Shown here: piece after piece, positions 26,306-37,120 of the stretch
Layout of the letters: each line of letters opens with the position of its first letter
Position numbering within the stretch: position 1 is the stretch's first letter
Origin: Amphiscolops sp. MND2022
Taxonomy: Eukaryota
DNA length: 64,000 nt
Assembly: GCA_964187785.1 (NCBI GenBank)
Contig: OZ076409.1
Location: forward strand, 5,148,001-5,212,000
Direction of reading: 5' to 3'
Notes under the pieces: model-generated
Told to the model about the DNA's origin: nothing
Databases searched by the model: none
The model's input: the letters and a program-made list of their open reading frames with translations, nothing else
Position numbers and translations under genes: made by a program

Positions 26306-27428
26306 GGATCGAATCCTGCGATGGGCCGAAAACTTTTTATGGTCCGAAAACTTTTTAAAGAGGAGACCAAAAGGGTCTCATGTTAGGGTTTTTTCGGCAC
26401 AGTGCGACTTTTCTTCGAATTTTTTCTGAAACCAACGTGTCCCTTTTTAAGAGAAAGAAATGGTTCGGCGAGCATAGTGGTTTTTCTGGATTATATCGGC
26501 ACAAAAGGACATAGCAAAAAGATTTCTTTTTAATGAAAAAAAAAATCGAACATTTTCGGTTTCTTGTAGTTTTCTGTCAAAAAACGTTTTCCGAGTCTTT
26601 AGGGTGTCCTCGTTATGTTTTGGTCATGTGTGACTGATGAGAGTTTATTCAATACCTGTGGAAATTACCTACTGTTTTTTCGGCACTATGCGATTTTTAT
26701 TTGAACTTTCAAAAATGTTTTCGTCTAGTATAGGACATTTTGCAAACTTCAAAGGTTTTCATTTGGGTTGTTCGGCAATGTGCTACTTTTTTGAGAAAAA
26801 AATCATTTGGTCACTCTTGAATATTTTAGATATTCAGACTACACTTAAAAACAACATCCCTCAATGTTAAAAAAAAACTCACACCATAAGTTCTGCGATT
26901 GTGGAAATGGATACATTTTCTATTTGGATCTTTTCTGGGAAGCGCAAATTGGTACAACCTTTGAACTGTGTATGAAAGAAGAGTCTTTTCGCATAATTGT
27001 CTTCCGATCTATGAATATTTCGCTCTTCTGTTGACCTAAGAAAAATTCTGCACATTCAAGAAGGTTTTCGTACTACCATTTTTGGTTCCTGTACAAGAAA
27101 TTATTCATAACTTTCAGATCCAACTATACAAACGCGTAAACTGGTATTAATTTCGCTTCACTGACGATTGATTGATCATCCGCTTTCAAATAATTTTGAT
27201 ACCACAGTTCTCACAACTTTTTTGTGGATCCTGAAGTTTTTTTTGGATCCTTTTTATCGATCCTGAAGATCAAAAACAGTGTATTTGATCAATGGAAACT
27301 GAAGAACTGGATTGAAAAGAAGGATGTTTAGTCAACCTTAGACGAACCTGCCAGAAAATTTCCTACAAAAAGCTCCAAACCGAAAACTCTTGAAACAGTA
27401 TTCGTCTTTGCACCAGCTCCATGAACTT

Positions 27429-27848
27429 CATTACGATACATATGCCGAAACGAACTAGCAAGATCATGCTAATTTGATTAACAGCCAATAAAAACGCGTT
27501 CTTATTTCAGATACGCGTTATGATTTTTGCTCGTTGCACTGTGTGATTTGGCGTTACGCGTAGTGATCAAAATACCGTAAATGACTAATTTACACTCTCT
27601 ACTATTACCTACTTTGACTGGTTTCCACTTGGAAGCATCGTGTGGAGTTATTTCTACTCATGGTATGTACCAAATTATGACTGATTTCCACTTTCCTCTA
27701 AATCCGCAATTTCTGATTACAGTATGCATCACAATCCACAATGAACACGATGCACTGTTTGACTAGAATACAGTTCGCTCTGGTTTCACGGAAACTACAT
27801 TTTACACTTGATGATGAATTCCACTATTGCGGCATATGTATCGTAATG
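27429..27848. mobile_element. Non-autonomous TIR element with CATTAC termini and 2-bp TSD
   Basis: tt|cattacgatacatatgccg...cggcatatgtatcgtaatg|tt; the left arm matches 35451-35520. Confidence 0.85.
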
Positions 27849-28273
27849 TTCAGCTAAAATCTTTGACTTTGGTGAAAACTTTGACTTCCTCATTCAGAAG
27901 GGTCGTCCCAAAAAAAAACAGAATAAACGTTGTCGACGAGTTTTGTGGAACCGACTGAAAGGCAATTGAACAGATTTTGCTTGGTGTTCGTTTGTGTCTG
28001 AGGTTAGTTCTTTAGTTATGGATGAGCAGTGAGCAGCATTCGCTCGTTCAACATGATTTCACGAAAAGTATTCTGAGCGAAGCGTTTTGCGAATGCTTCC
28101 GCAGCCCCGTATCTTTGATCTTTGCATTGTTGTCGTTTTTTTGGTTTTTCGTCGTTCGACATTTTTGTGCTGACTTGCGACTGAGGTTACCTCCCGGGTT
28201 ATAGAACATTAGTGTCACTCAAGATCTCTTTTTTCTCTGCTCCATTAGTCTCCGCAGTTTAACCGATAATATA

Positions 28274-30621
28274 TGTTCGATACAAAAAATTATTGATGAT
28301 CCATTTCCTTAATTTGCATATGAAACATTTAATGATGATTTTAGCCCGCATTTTCATTAGTCATTGTTGTTGGAACTTTCAGGAAGTAAAGTTAATGATT
28401 CGAATATAGTTTTTTTACGAAGAGCTAAGCAGGTACAGATCTGTGAACAGAGATTTGGTGCTGTACAAATTGGTCCGCTAGTGAAAAAAGGAAGAAAGGA
28501 ATTGTTTGAGGTTAAGGGAGCGGACATTCTGTAGTTCCTAGTTTCACGCAAAACGCTGTTAAATTGTTTTAAATTTTTTAATGATGCACATTGTGGGAGC
28601 AAGTTGTCTCAGTCACTCCTTTTGTTAGTTAAACAAAAAGCAAAAAACGTCCCTCACCAGTAAAGTAACTGCAATTCCTTCTTTTTTTCCCTTGGACCCA
28701 AACGTCAATTTTCATTTGAAATCCTTGCAATTAGTATCGTTAAAAAGCAAAAACAATCTTGTTTCGTGCCACGATATTTTCAATAGCTCTTTGACAAAGT
28801 CGAATGGGTATAAAGCTCTACACCCCAAAGCCTTGGTGGAAAAACTTGATAGCTACAGAGATCTCAACTCTGCAATTCTTTACTGTCATAGAACAGGAGC
28901 CCCAAATATTTTTCGCACTCAGCGGCAAATTGGCATCCCCATTATTAGAGTTACAAAAAACATTATCTCATCGAAAAAGTAACAGAGTGTTTCGTTTTTA
29001 TTCGACTACTGCAAAATTCATCCCCATTCTTATCTTGAGTTAAAAATTTCTTGATGATGTATTGTGGTCTCCGGAGTATATTTCGTCACTAGCCTTTCTG
29101 CTTCCGCCAATACAACTAACTTAACTATTCAGATGATTACATTATTCATTGACAATATCTCAAAGCAACAGTCAAACATGTCTGAAAAGCCTAAACAAGA
29201 TGTCAAGAAACTCATTTGAGTTCGTGGTATTCATAGATCTGTCTTCACGCGCTTGGAAAGAAAATCAAATGAATTCCTTGGTTATCCAATAGATAATTCT
29301 GAGCGTTTATGTGAAGCCGAAGCCTTTTTTAGTACATTAAAAAACAAATCATCAGATAATCATCGTTGAGATCGTGAATTATAATTGTTATTTGAAATGA
29401 AAACGAACTCCTAGCTGAAATGGAGACAACTACTGATTTTGATCACAACGCTAGCAGCACGGTATCTAGACTATCAGCTCTTATTAGCAATTATTACAAG
29501 TCCTTGGAAAGTATGAATTACTCTCAGGTTGCGAATCTTCCGTTGGCATTAAGAAGGTACAAGAAGACTCTTCCGGTGACATTTTTTGTGTAAAACAGAT
29601 TGCTCGAAGAAGACTAAAGTTTATATGGCATTTTCCAATTTCTTTTGCCAGCCGTGATGTGCACTTGGAGTTAGTTTTCGTATTGAGTTCACAAGGCGTT
29701 ATTGCTGCACTACGAAGATTTGTTTCACGCCGAGGCTGTCCTAAGATGTTATTTAGCGATAACGGAACAAATTTCATTGGAGCGGAAGCATAGCTGAAAG
29801 AACTTCGAAAGCTACTTGTACACAATCATAACAATTCTTTCCAGGCATTTCTAGCAAGATTGTCAGTTGTTTGGACATTTGTTCCTCCCAGGGTTTGAAA
29901 TTATCAAGAACTGCACACCCGTTTCTGTCAGATTCAAATGGTTGTGAATTCTCGCTCCTTCAACTTTCTGAGTGATGACCCTAAAGATGAACTACGACTC
30001 ACTCCAGCGGATTTGTGTACGGGTGGTGAAACGTTGGGAGCTTTGCCATCACCAGTAGAAGTTAGTCAAGATGCAATCTCAGTTTCGCATTGAAACTAAA
30101 AAGATGGGCTGGTATCCAAGCAAAGTTGACACTTTTCTGGAACCGATAAAGTGAAGAATACGTCGCCAGTCGCCGCGAAAAAGTTAATGGAGATTTGAAA
30201 TCCCCAACCTAAAGCTTGGAGATTTAGTGTACATAACTGATGATAATGTTCCATTTTTCAATGGTCAATAGGACGTGTCAAGTTACTTTACGTAGGGCGA
30301 GATTACATTGTGATGGTTGTTATAGTAGAATCAGGGAATGGGGAGTATAACCGAGCCGTTCATATTTTGCGGCTACTGCCACTGCCTTGCTACTGACTTG
30401 CAATTAGATTTATTTGCGTAGAGGAAATCAAGGCGGGCGACTTGTTCAATACTTGAAAGTTATTGACGATTCAAATCCCTATTTCGCATAAGAAATATCT
30501 AATGATGATTTTAACCCACATTTTCATCAGTCATTGTTGTTGGAACTTTCAGGAAGTACAGTCAATGATTCAAATTTCGTTTTTTTTTACAATGAACTAA
30601 ACTGGTGCAGATCGGTGAACA
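28274..30621 (+). mobile_element. Decayed, internally deleted BEL/Pao LTR retrotransposon
   Basis: Diverged direct repeats 28274-28449 and 30443-30621 (TGTTC...GAACA). PBS-like tggtgctgt follows the first and PPT-like aaggcgggcg precedes the second. Integrase remnant VHLELVFVLSSQGVIAALRRFVSRRGCPKMLFSDNGTNFIGA at about 29655-29790; DUF5641-like LKLGDLVYITDDN near 30210. No RT seen. Confidence 0.8.
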
Positions 30622-33059
30622 GTTATTTGATGCAGTACAGTACCTTTTGTATCGAATTTCAACGAATAACTTTTCCTGTGCCATTTGAAATTGATTGAGC
30701 TTCGCTTGCTTTTCGGTGATCTAGTTGCATTGCCGGGTTATAGAAGGACACTACTCGAAATCGTTTCCATCGAGATTTTCTTTTTTCGATTCATTTCATT
30801 TTGAATAATCAGTTTACTTCTCTAATAACATGTCTCTCGACCTGCAAGCAAAAGTGTTCAAGTTGTTTGAAGTTAGATCAAAGCTTGAAGGTAAGGTGAA
30901 AGTAGCCCACCAAGCCTTAGAAGCAGCGAATCTGAAAGTGAGAGAAAAGGTACATTTGAGAACGCAGTGAAAACCTGCAATGAATGTTTCGCCGCAGCTA
31001 ATGCCAGAAACAACGAGCTACTTCTAATAGCAAGAAAGACCGATGAGGAGAACAAGCAAACTATAGAACTCAATGAATGGTTGGATGTGACCACAAGACC
31101 TAATCATGTGTTCCTTGAGGATGCCCGAAAGTACATAGAGATCCTGACAAATTTGGTAGTTCGTCAAACGACAAGTAGCAGTGCGGCGCTCAGTCCAAAC
31201 AATTAAGCAAGATTGCTTCATCGGCTTCCAAAACTTCAGGTCAACGCAAAAGAGAGTTTTAGCTCTTGCGAAAATGCGCCTCGGAGAAGTTGAGAGGCAT
31301 AGTGAAGCAACTTTACGATTGCAGGAAGTCAAAAATAGATTAGCTGTTGAAGACGTCGAAGAATCGAACTGGCAAAAGGTAGTCCGAGAAAAACAACACA
31401 TCTCGTATCAGTCAAGAACCCTTAGGACTCAACAAGGTCGACAAGAATCTGTTACAAGTCAATCGGCAAGGGACAGCCTTTAACCTTGTTGCACTCTCAT
31501 TTAAATCGGAGGCTGTTACAGAGTATCAATCGGCCTTGTCTTCCATTCCTCATGTTCAACCAAATCCGGTCTCATCTTGTATGTCTGTCCCGTCGGTACA
31601 ATTGAGTAGTCAATCAACAAAAGTGCCCATCGAGGGACTTTGAGGTATCAGATAATCTTCTATGCCGAAGTCCATTACAAGCTACCCGTTCCCTCACTCC
31701 TGGTGATCCGACTGTGATTCTGAACAAAATTCTTGCTCCTCCGGTAAGTCCTGCTTCACAACTGATTTATGAAACAACGCTCGATCCTGCCCAACCAGCA
31801 GTCAATCACTTTGTGCCAAACTTGACAACGTGGACTTTTCCAAATGTCCTACCTTCAACATCTTCAATTTCTTCTTCCAGAGTAAATGCAACAAGCAGCG
31901 TACCAGTGCGGATCACAACTTCAGTTCCCTATTCTTGCGGTGGTACAGTCTGCTATGGTCCTCCTGTACAAATGCAACTTTTCTGCCGGCGATTGCTCCT
32001 GTGAATCCATCCGCGGTTGTTAAACAGCCAACGTCGGTTCCGAGTGCAGTTCAATTAAGTTATTTTTTTGGTAGTGCTGCTGTAACGATCAGTGATTTAG
32101 CACAGCTGTTAAGAATTGGAGGAGAGATACACTACCCGAGTGGAAATTGGAGTCATACGACATTACAGTGCATCTTCAAGCTTTTTCTGAGCGTTTTGTG
32201 GAAATCAGGACACGAAATCTCGGAAACCCAGACACGTGCACTGAATTCATTCCCCTTTGATGTCGACTGCCTTAGCTTCCTTTGAAGTTGAAATCTTACT
32301 TTCCGCAATTTTGTGTCTTGGCAAGTTAATGCGGCCAATTAATTGCCACTTATGCCAGGCCTCAAAAGGGCCAATTATGTAGAAAGCAAATAGTGCAACG
32401 TGTCTCAGATTCCAGAGTTTTATTCAGTAGAATAATTCGTACACCTACATTCCGGAACAATTATAATGTGTTTCCGCATTTTATCTCTTGAAATCAGATG
32501 AAAATTGCTAGAAAAGATAATGTTCGGAAACAAACTTCTGTTAAATGAAGCTTCATGTTTTGACCCACAATTGGAACCAAAAAATCTCCAAGTTTCAAAC
32601 CAATTATTTCATTAAAATTTTCATTTTTTTCAATTACAGTTGGTAGAAAAATAAGCTTTTTTATTAAGATGGTCTTTTCCATTAAATCCCCGGCAAACCC
32701 TTCCCCCCGCAGTATGCGCGGAAATTATTTTATATCCCCACCACTATCAGCGATGAAGTAGAGCTATAAAATACTGCTATTTGGTTGATTGTTACTATTA
32801 ATTCAATGATAATCTTTCTCGACCGCCTAACTGAAGTGGAATAAGTAGGTGGGGGAATTAACAGAAAAGATCCGTGAGCGTTTTTCTAAATCTTTTCTAA
32901 ATAATAAGACTGTAGATTTCGGTATCTAAAGTTCGGTTGGAAACAAAGGTGTCAATTCTTTATTCAATAGAGGCTATAATGCTCAGGAAGATCTCAAAAT
33001 CTGGAATACTTTCAATGGTAAAAATAGAAAAATATCAGTCTCTCATTTCTAAATAATTG

Positions 33060-33130
33060 CCGTTAGCGGGATCTGAACCCACGATCTCACGATCGGAAAG
33101 CTAGCGCGCATCCTATTTGGCCAACGGTCT
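33060..33130 (-). other. tRNA-derived (SINE-head-like) segment
   Basis: Minus strand tggccaaatagg (A-box-like) ... gggttcagatccc (B-box-like); no convincing full cloverleaf. Confidence 0.4.
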
Positions 33131-34271
33131 TCTTTTTGAACGATATCTATTTGCTAATAAACTAAATGCTTTCGCTGCGTCAAATAGAGCAGTATATTCG
33201 CTCGATTATGCGCTTTAATGCGCATTCTCATTAACACGGGCTCGTTATGCGATTTTATGCAGTCCCTTATGCTGTCTTGAATAATTATCACGTTGATATA
33301 ATACTATTTATGACAGGTCACGACAAACGATTACGTAACTACGAGATTTACGTTATTCTGAAAGTACTCTATTCCGAAGTTCAACTCTACAAAGTAATTG
33401 AATTATGTCGATTCGACCCACAATTGGAACCAAAATCTCTTTACTTGCATTCTATGTGTCATTTTAATGACGGCCCAGTGGTTCATGATCAAGTTCATCA
33501 AACAAAAGTTTATATATGTGTTCTATGCAACGGCATAACGGGGATGGTGGCGCAGTTGATAAGGCGAGTAGTGAAGCTTGAGGCGTAGTCTGTCACCGGA
33601 TCGATCCCCATCAAAACACTCTGCAGGGCGATTCTATACAGACAACTCTGTCTTCCACCAGATCGATCCGGTAAAAGATTTGGAGGGCCTAATTGAAGAT
33701 CCACTGCGCTACTGAATCCCTTTTTCTGTCTGGCAGTTCATCCTGTCTGAGAATGTCTGAGAAGACTCGCTATATTAAATCAAATTCAAAAACGCAAATG
33801 TTTCGATTGATTTTGTTATTTATGAGTTGAAGCATCAGAACTCGACCCACGATTGGAACCAAAAAATTTAATTTTTTCCCCAAAACCTCAATAACAGTTG
33901 CGTTTTAATTTTTCATTTGTAAAATTTGTACATTTTGTATTTTTTTGAAGTACGTTTTCTTTTAACTCTAATCATCAACGAGCTTCCGATGTAACGTTTG
34001 GTGTGAAGTTTATTGAAACATTTGTTGCACTCAAATGTGATTTAGGATTACAAAGTAATTGACTTCTTCAAATCAAACATAGTTTTTTGAATAGCGTTGC
34101 AAGTGTTCCAAAAACGGATTTGAAATGGTTTAAAATCAAGTTCAAGCTTTCGTCAGCATTCTAATCTCAAGACGGTTCCAGTTAAAACTGAGTAACACCA
34201 TTTTAAACAATCACGTACAACAAAACCAATGCCACAAAAGTCTAAAAGTTTGTGAATGAAAGTTCGTTTCT

Positions 34272-35328
34272 TCAATTTTCCTCTTCCGATTCATCTGCAA
34301 GATTGTCTCTGTTTTCTTTTCGTGGTTCTTGACTGCCGCTGAAGCGACCGCTGGTGTTTTCAGAGCTGCTTTCTGGCTGTGATTCAATAAACTCAGAGCG
34401 AGCTATCGGATCCTCGTAGTCGATCATTAACTGTTCGAAGGGATGGATTGTTTCACTTGCTCGGAGGACAACATAACGTTGATTGTTGTCGGCAAACACA
34501 ATGACATCAGTGGACTTCATAATGGCTTCCAAAACTGAGTGATTGGCAAGGCGACCCATACATCTACTATCAGGGTGGACAGGACACGTTTCCGCGGAGG
34601 CATTGATTATCCTTCGGCCAGGTCCTTTGACTTCAAGACAAAACTCCCGTTTAACACCTTCAATGGCGGATATTTCGTCCATTGATGTCTTGAGGAAAAC
34701 CTGCACGTGGTAATCAATGACGACTTCATTTTTCTGGAAAACTCGGGTGGCAACGATTCCTCTTCCAAACTTGCTAAAAAAACTGTGTGACTCCGGGCCA
34801 ATTTTGAGATCGACATCTCTCCATAAGCAAAGTTTGATCTTCAAAATCCATATTGCTTGCCAATCCTTTGTAATAAATCTTCTGAATTGCTATGTTCCTT
34901 TCTACTTTTGGGGTAATAAACATTGGGAGCACAGGTAGATAAACTTTTCTCAGGTCTTGGTTGCCGTCATTCTGCGTCGTCCATTTCTGTCGCTGGAAAT
35001 AGCTCTTCAGTCTCATTTCCAACGAAGCAAGGTCAGTTTTCCCTTTCATATGCTTGAAAAAGGCATGGGCACGAGCTGATTGGCGGGCATATCTCTGTCG
35101 ATCCTGGTGCCTTCTCACCGCCGACTGCACGACCTGGTAGTCCAAGGCAATGTCCCGAGTCGCCCAAATTGCTCTAGTTTGGACCTTCAACTTAGGGAAT
35201 TTTGCTTCAGTGTCGTTTGCGATGGGCAACACAACATGAAGGTGCCGTTCCAATTCCCACAGCGGGTTATCACAGTGTTTCAGTACCTGTTTGAAGTGAT
35301 ACAAACATTGAATAGTGTCTATATGCAT
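34272..35328 (-). CDS. SET-domain lysine methyltransferase-like protein (PR-Set7/SETD8-like), about 351 aa if one frameshift in a T7 run near 34776-34782 is corrected
   Basis: ORF 34774-35328 ends QNWPGVTQFF. ORF 34272-34844 continues FFSKFGRGIVATRVFQKNEVVIDYH...CMGRLANHS...VVLRASETIHPFEQLMIDYED, giving SET motifs GxG, RxxNHS and E(E/Q)LxxDY. Confidence 0.8.
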
Positions 35329-35450
35329 TCTGAATTAATGATACCAACAGTGTACGTGTCACTTATAGATCGGCCCCCGATTGGTACCAAAAACTAGCTC
35401 TACATTATAAATTGTCCCAGTTTCCACGGATTTTCAGTATAATTTGACTT

Positions 35451-35607
35451 CATTACGATACATATGCCGCAACGAACTAGCAAGATCTTACTAGTTCGAT
35501 TAACAGCCAATGAAAACGCGTTATTATTCTAGAATAACGCGTTTTCATTGGCTGTTATTCGAACCAGCAAGATCTTGCTAGTTCGTTGCGGCATATGTAT
35601 CGTAATG
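35451..35607. mobile_element. 157-bp near-perfect palindromic MITE with CATTAC termini and 2-bp TT TSD
   Basis: cattacgatacatatgccgcaacgaactagcaagatctt...aagatcttgctagttcgttgcggcatatgtatcgtaatg. Neighbouring tandem units give the empty site (gactt|actcaaag), confirming the TT duplication. Confidence 0.9.
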
Positions 35608-35610
35608 TTG

Positions 35611-36060
35611 CTCAAAGAATGCAATGCGGAAAACAAGACCCTATCTTTAAACACATGGCGTGGAAACCAAATACAAATCTTAATACATTGCGAACTTTCA
35701 CTCTAAAGGGTATACACATTATTGCGCGTTACCATGAATGTCCTAGGTCCACAGTTTTAAGTTTGAATTGACTTACTCAAAGAATGCAATGCGGAAAACA
35801 AGACGATATCTTTAAATTCATAGCGTGGAAACCAAATACAAATCTTAATACATTGCGAACTTTCACTCTAAAGGGTATACACATTATTGCGCGTTACCAT
35901 GAATGTCCTAGTTTCCACGGTTTTAAGTTTGAATTGACTTACTCAAAGAATGCAATGCGGAAAACAAGACCATATCTTTATACACATGGCGTGAAAACCA
36001 AATACAAATCTTAATACATTGCGAACTTTCACTCTAAAGGGTATACACATGATTGCTCGG
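35611..36060. repeat. 165/166-bp tandem repeat, about 2.7 copies
   Basis: ctcaaagaatgcaatgcggaaaacaagac starts at 35611, 35776 and 35942. Confidence 0.92.
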
Positions 36061-36410
36061 TGCCGCTGGTGCCGCATGAGCCGCTGATACGCGACGCTGG
36101 TAAACCACGGTTGAAACTGTGAACTTTCAAGCGATGACCGATAAGGCAATAACAATCATCAGGGGTGCGCAATATTGTATTTATATTTTTTGCTACGATA
36201 CAATAAGTAATTTTATTGCTAAAACTAACCAATTAATAATTGTTTGACTTGTTTAAAAAAATAATTTTTGGTATATATTACATAACGAATAAATTATTTT
36301 ATTTATTATTTTCTGCCAATAAATTATTCACAGTGAAAAGCTTTCTAAAAATTGTTTTTTGCAATAATTTATTGATCTTCCAATAGATTTTGATTAATTT
36401 TGCTCAGATT

Positions 36411-37120
36411 CGACCCACCATTGGAACCAAAATCTCTCCATTTCTCCACTCTAATTATTCAAACAAATTTTCCATTTTCCAGTATAAATTACAATTTATT
36501 CCAGTATAAATGTAGTATTTCACTCTTGTGTATCACTATAGTATAAAAATTTTCCAATATGATATAGTATAGTGAACATTATAGTTAAGTATAGTACACG
36601 TAACCTGAATCTTTTCAATTGCATACTAATTGACTATTTCAATCAAATTTTTATTTTTATTTGTCTAAACAGCTTCACAATTCGACTCACGATTGGAACC
36701 AAAATCTCCCGATTTCCACTACTTTTTTAAAATAAAAATTTCATTTTTAAAATAGTTTATTCCAGCTGGTATAAATGTATTTTACTATTGTTCATAACTA
36801 TATACAATCAGTATAAATATTTACCCTTATAGTAAAGTGTTGTAAGAAATTTTTCTTTTTGATTTTTTCAATTTCATTTTCAAATTTCATTTTTCCAAAT
36901 TTGGAACCAAAATCTCCCGACTTCCACTAATTGTTTAAATAAAATTTTCGTTTTAAAAATAATTTCTTCCAGCTGGTATAAATGTATTTCACTATTGTAT
37001 ATCACTATATACAACAATCAGTATAAATATTTTCCACTATAGTAAAGTGTTGAAAGAAAAATTCCTTTTTCGTTTTTTTTTTCAAATTCATTTTCAAATT
37101 TTAGTTTTTCAAATTCAAAT
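36411..37120. repeat. Degenerate AT-rich direct repeats (about 210-270 bp, 3 copies) beginning with ttggaaccaaaatctc
   Basis: Units near 36411, 36683 and 36898 share ttggaaccaaaatctc...gtataaatgta...agtataaa. Confidence 0.75.

Noticed and set aside
25914..26429. ORFs spanning the N run
   Set aside because: Artefacts of the assembly gap.
27930..28210. Possible solo LTR (ends ccgggttatagaaca; similar 12-mer near 30733)
   Set aside because: No partner LTR or TSD could be established.
28700..29045. Possible degenerate LINE RT C-terminal fragment
   Set aside because: Resemblance is too faint to support without a search.
33538..33612. tRNA-like sequence (also about 14586-14700, 18000-18072, 53140-53200)
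   Set aside because: Only A/B-box-like motifs; no complete cloverleaf could be folded, so not called as tRNA genes.
8062..35328. JmjC 'eraser' and SET 'writer' as a linked chromatin module
   Set aside because: The JmjC protein looks ER-directed (RDEL), the SET gene is transposon cargo, and an assembly gap separates them; proximity is probably coincidental.
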